From: Lachnospiraceae bacterium UBA3641
Lineage (GTDB): Bacteria > Bacillota > Clostridia > Lachnospirales > Lachnospiraceae
Assembly (NCBI GenBank): GCA_002373875.1
Contig: DFKQ01000060.1
Location: 12,993 to 76,992, forward strand
DNA length: 64,000 nucleotides
Direction of reading: 5' to 3'
Each line of letters starts with the position of its first letter. Position 1 is the first letter of the stretch. Shown here piece after piece: positions 62,597 through 64,000 of this stretch. Both the position numbers and the translations under genes were made by a program. Under the pieces are notes generated by a model, which saw nothing but the letters and a program-made list of their open reading frames with translations, was not told the origin of the DNA and did not search any database.

Positions 62597-63452
62597 CCTC
62601 TACAAAACCGCCGATGAATTTGGCCTGAACAAGAAACCTCCGATCGTCCTTCCCGATAATTCCTGTTGACAGTGTAAGTATCTTATCCTGTCCCGACGGC
62701 CAGCTTCCTTCATTAACATTGTAGCTGACGCCTGCGATCTCCTTAAGTCTCTGCAGATATATCTGATACATATCATTATCCTGAGTTCCATAAAAGACCA
62801 CAATGAGTTTATCATCCGATTCATAGGCGGCAAACGTTTCATAAAGAAGGATCGCGTTTTCCGTATACACAAAAATATAGGGATGCGACTTAAAAAAGGC
62901 AGGGTCCGCATACAGATTAAGATTGGAGAAACCCTTGCCGTCTCCACCGTTATGGCCGTATATCACGGTAACATTATCGGAAAAATCCTTATTATTGAAC
63001 ATCTGGGTAAAGAGTGCCCCTTCTCCGTCATCCTCGCCCTTGCTGTTGTGGGTTGTATAATAAAAAACATCTTCAGGGTGTTGAAGCACCTCTTCGTCGA
63101 TTCCTGTATCCGGAATATACAGCCAGGCATATATGTCTTCATTTACAGTATTCCTAAGCCCGGCAATATCTATGTTCTTATCTGCCGGAAGAAGGCTCTC
63201 GTACGACCATGCACTATCATCATTCGTAACCGCAACCTCCGGATCTTCTGTATCACTTACGGATGGAGCCTTCTCTTCCGCTTCCGACCTGGCTTGAGTC
63301 TGGGTTAACTTATTATCATCTTCTTCATTTCTTATAAGCGCCCTGTTGTCCAGATACATCAATGTACCAAGAACGATACACAGCACTGCTGCCAGGCTCA
63401 CCAAAACTATAAGCACACCCATGGGCATGCTCTTTTCTTCTCTTCTGCTCAT
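62580..63452 (-). CDS. Class B sortase-like protein lacking the catalytic cysteine
   Basis: 290 aa. TM anchor, then the SrtB-type pattern NEDIYAWLYIPDTGIDEEVLQ, YYTTHN and VIYGHN. The expected TLSTC motif reads TLSTG (ACA GGA, checked in the DNA). The conserved Arg context RRFLVQAK is present. Confidence 0.7.
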   Translation of the reverse strand: MSRREEKSMPMGVLIVLVSLAAVLCIVLGTLMYLDNRALIRNEEDDNKLTQTQARSEAEEKAPSVSDTEDPEVAVTNDDSAWSYESLLPADKNIDIAGLRNTVNEDIYAWLYIPDTGIDEEVLQHPEDVFYYTTHNSKGEDDGEGALFTQMFNNKDFSDNVTVIYGHNGGDGKGFSNLNLYADPAFFKSHPYIFVYTENAILLYETFAAYESDDKLIVVFYGTQDNDMYQIYLQRLKEIAGVSYNVNEGSWPSGQDKILTLSTGIIGKDDRRFLVQAKFIGGFVEDDENG

Positions 63453-63458
63453 CTGTTT

Positions 63459-63797
63459 CTACACATCCGTCTTCCATAATCCGTGGAGATTACAGTATTC
63501 ATAAGCTGCCACAGGCTTCTCATTTACCCTGAATACCGCTTCGGGCTTCATCCCCGGCTTAAGATAATGCATCTGGAATCCACCCTCGGTAACAAGAACG
63601 ATCCACTCAATGTAATGAGCATCAAGGCTGGGATGCTCTACGGAACCCACCTTCACGGTCACGGTATCGTCAACCACAGAAACAACCGGGACATGCTTCT
63701 CGCCGGCAGCATCTGTCGTGTTGGGAATAAGCTCCGTTCCGACGGTAAGCGACTTATCACTTATAATTACCTGATCTTCTAACTTATAAAACTTCAT
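63459..63797 (-). CDS. Superoxide reductase (neelaredoxin / desulfoferrodoxin centre-II domain)
   Basis: The start was moved to the ATG at 63797 (GGAGG RBS). 112 aa. EKHVPVV...HP....HYIEWI...YCNLHGLW provides the His/Cys ligand pattern of 1Fe-SOR. Confidence 0.85.
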   Translation of the reverse strand: MKFYKLEDQVIISDKSLTVGTELIPNTTDAAGEKHVPVVSVVDDTVTVKVGSVEHPSLDAHYIEWIVLVTEGGFQMHYLKPGMKPEAVFRVNEKPVAAYEYCNLHGLWKTDV

Positions 63798-63839
63798 CTC
63801 GTACCTCCTTTGGTCAAAAAATCCCTTTTTATGGCTATA

Positions 63840-63868
63840 ATCTACCATAAATCAGATGGTTTATCAAT
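63840..63868 (-). promoter_or_regulatory. Candidate promoter for the superoxide reductase gene
   Basis: Minus strand: TTGATA-17 nt-TAGATT, with an extended -10 TG (TGGTAGATT). Confidence 0.4.
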
Positions 63869-64000
63869 TGCCCGTATCCGATGACCACCTGCAGCTTGAT
63901 CTTCAGTTAGGATTCACAGCCACTGTGACTATATGTCTCCTAACGAATTTGAAGAACTATATGAGAGGGTTATGGTTGCACCTGCTGCATAAGCAGGTAA

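Noticed and set aside
63906-63944. Compound hairpin GTTAGGA-(TCACAG-CCA-CTGTGA)-..-TCCTAAC, and a second hairpin ACCTGCT-GCATA-AGCAGGT at the window end.
   Set aside because: These are clear inverted repeats, but they lie at the edge of the window with no flanking gene context and no U-tract. I cannot tell whether they are a terminator, an operator or part of an element.

Overview
This 64-kb window looks like a low-GC Gram-positive anaerobe, probably Clostridia. The evidence is GGAGG-type ribosome-binding sites and genes for an LCP protein, a sortase-like protein, Dlt-like proteins and a superoxide reductase. About 90% of the coding sequence is on the minus strand. No rRNA, tRNA, CRISPR array, transposase, integrase or recognisable defence system was seen.

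The window is dominated by three back-to-back Wzx/Wzy-type surface-polysaccharide loci:
- Locus I (1-6853 and 11468-19549) carries nonulosonic-acid-type genes: a NeuB-family synthase, a cytidylyltransferase-PseG/SpsG fusion and a KpsS/KpsC-like candidate transferase. It is split by a plus-strand MoxR / DUF58 / transglutaminase operon (6968-11512).
- Locus II (19944-33586) encodes the UDP-L-FucNAc pathway (FnlABC). It also encodes a WbuB-like GT4, a PglC-type initiating transferase, a DegT aminotransferase, an ATP-grasp enzyme, a HAD hydrolase and a Wzy. At its head sits a Dlt-like module: an adenylating enzyme, a carrier protein, an AlgI-type MBOAT and an SGNH DltD-like protein.
- Locus III (34912-50800) encodes GDP-L-fucose synthesis (Gmd, Fcl), RfbD and a WbaP-type priming transferase. 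It also has five glycosyltransferases, a Wzx flanked by two Wzy_C paralogues, and several uncharacterised membrane proteins.

The right end (52831-63797) encodes cell-envelope functions: an S8 protease with a Big_2 array plus a stand-alone propeptide-like protein, a DHH protein, an 867-aa orphan protein, an LCP protein, a sortase-B-like protein lacking the catalytic Cys, and a superoxide reductase.

The most unusual signals are these:
1. The Dlt-like acylation module is wired into a glycan operon, and its carrier gene lies convergent to and overlapping the adenylase gene.
2. A family of sense-oriented, structured intergenic repeats has GCGAAGC-tipped hairpins and compensatory base changes between copies.
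3. Two near-perfect tandem duplications sit in intergenic or 5' leader regions.
4. A 35-bp palindrome is shared by two promoter regions.

All functional calls come from reading motifs in the translations. No database search was run.
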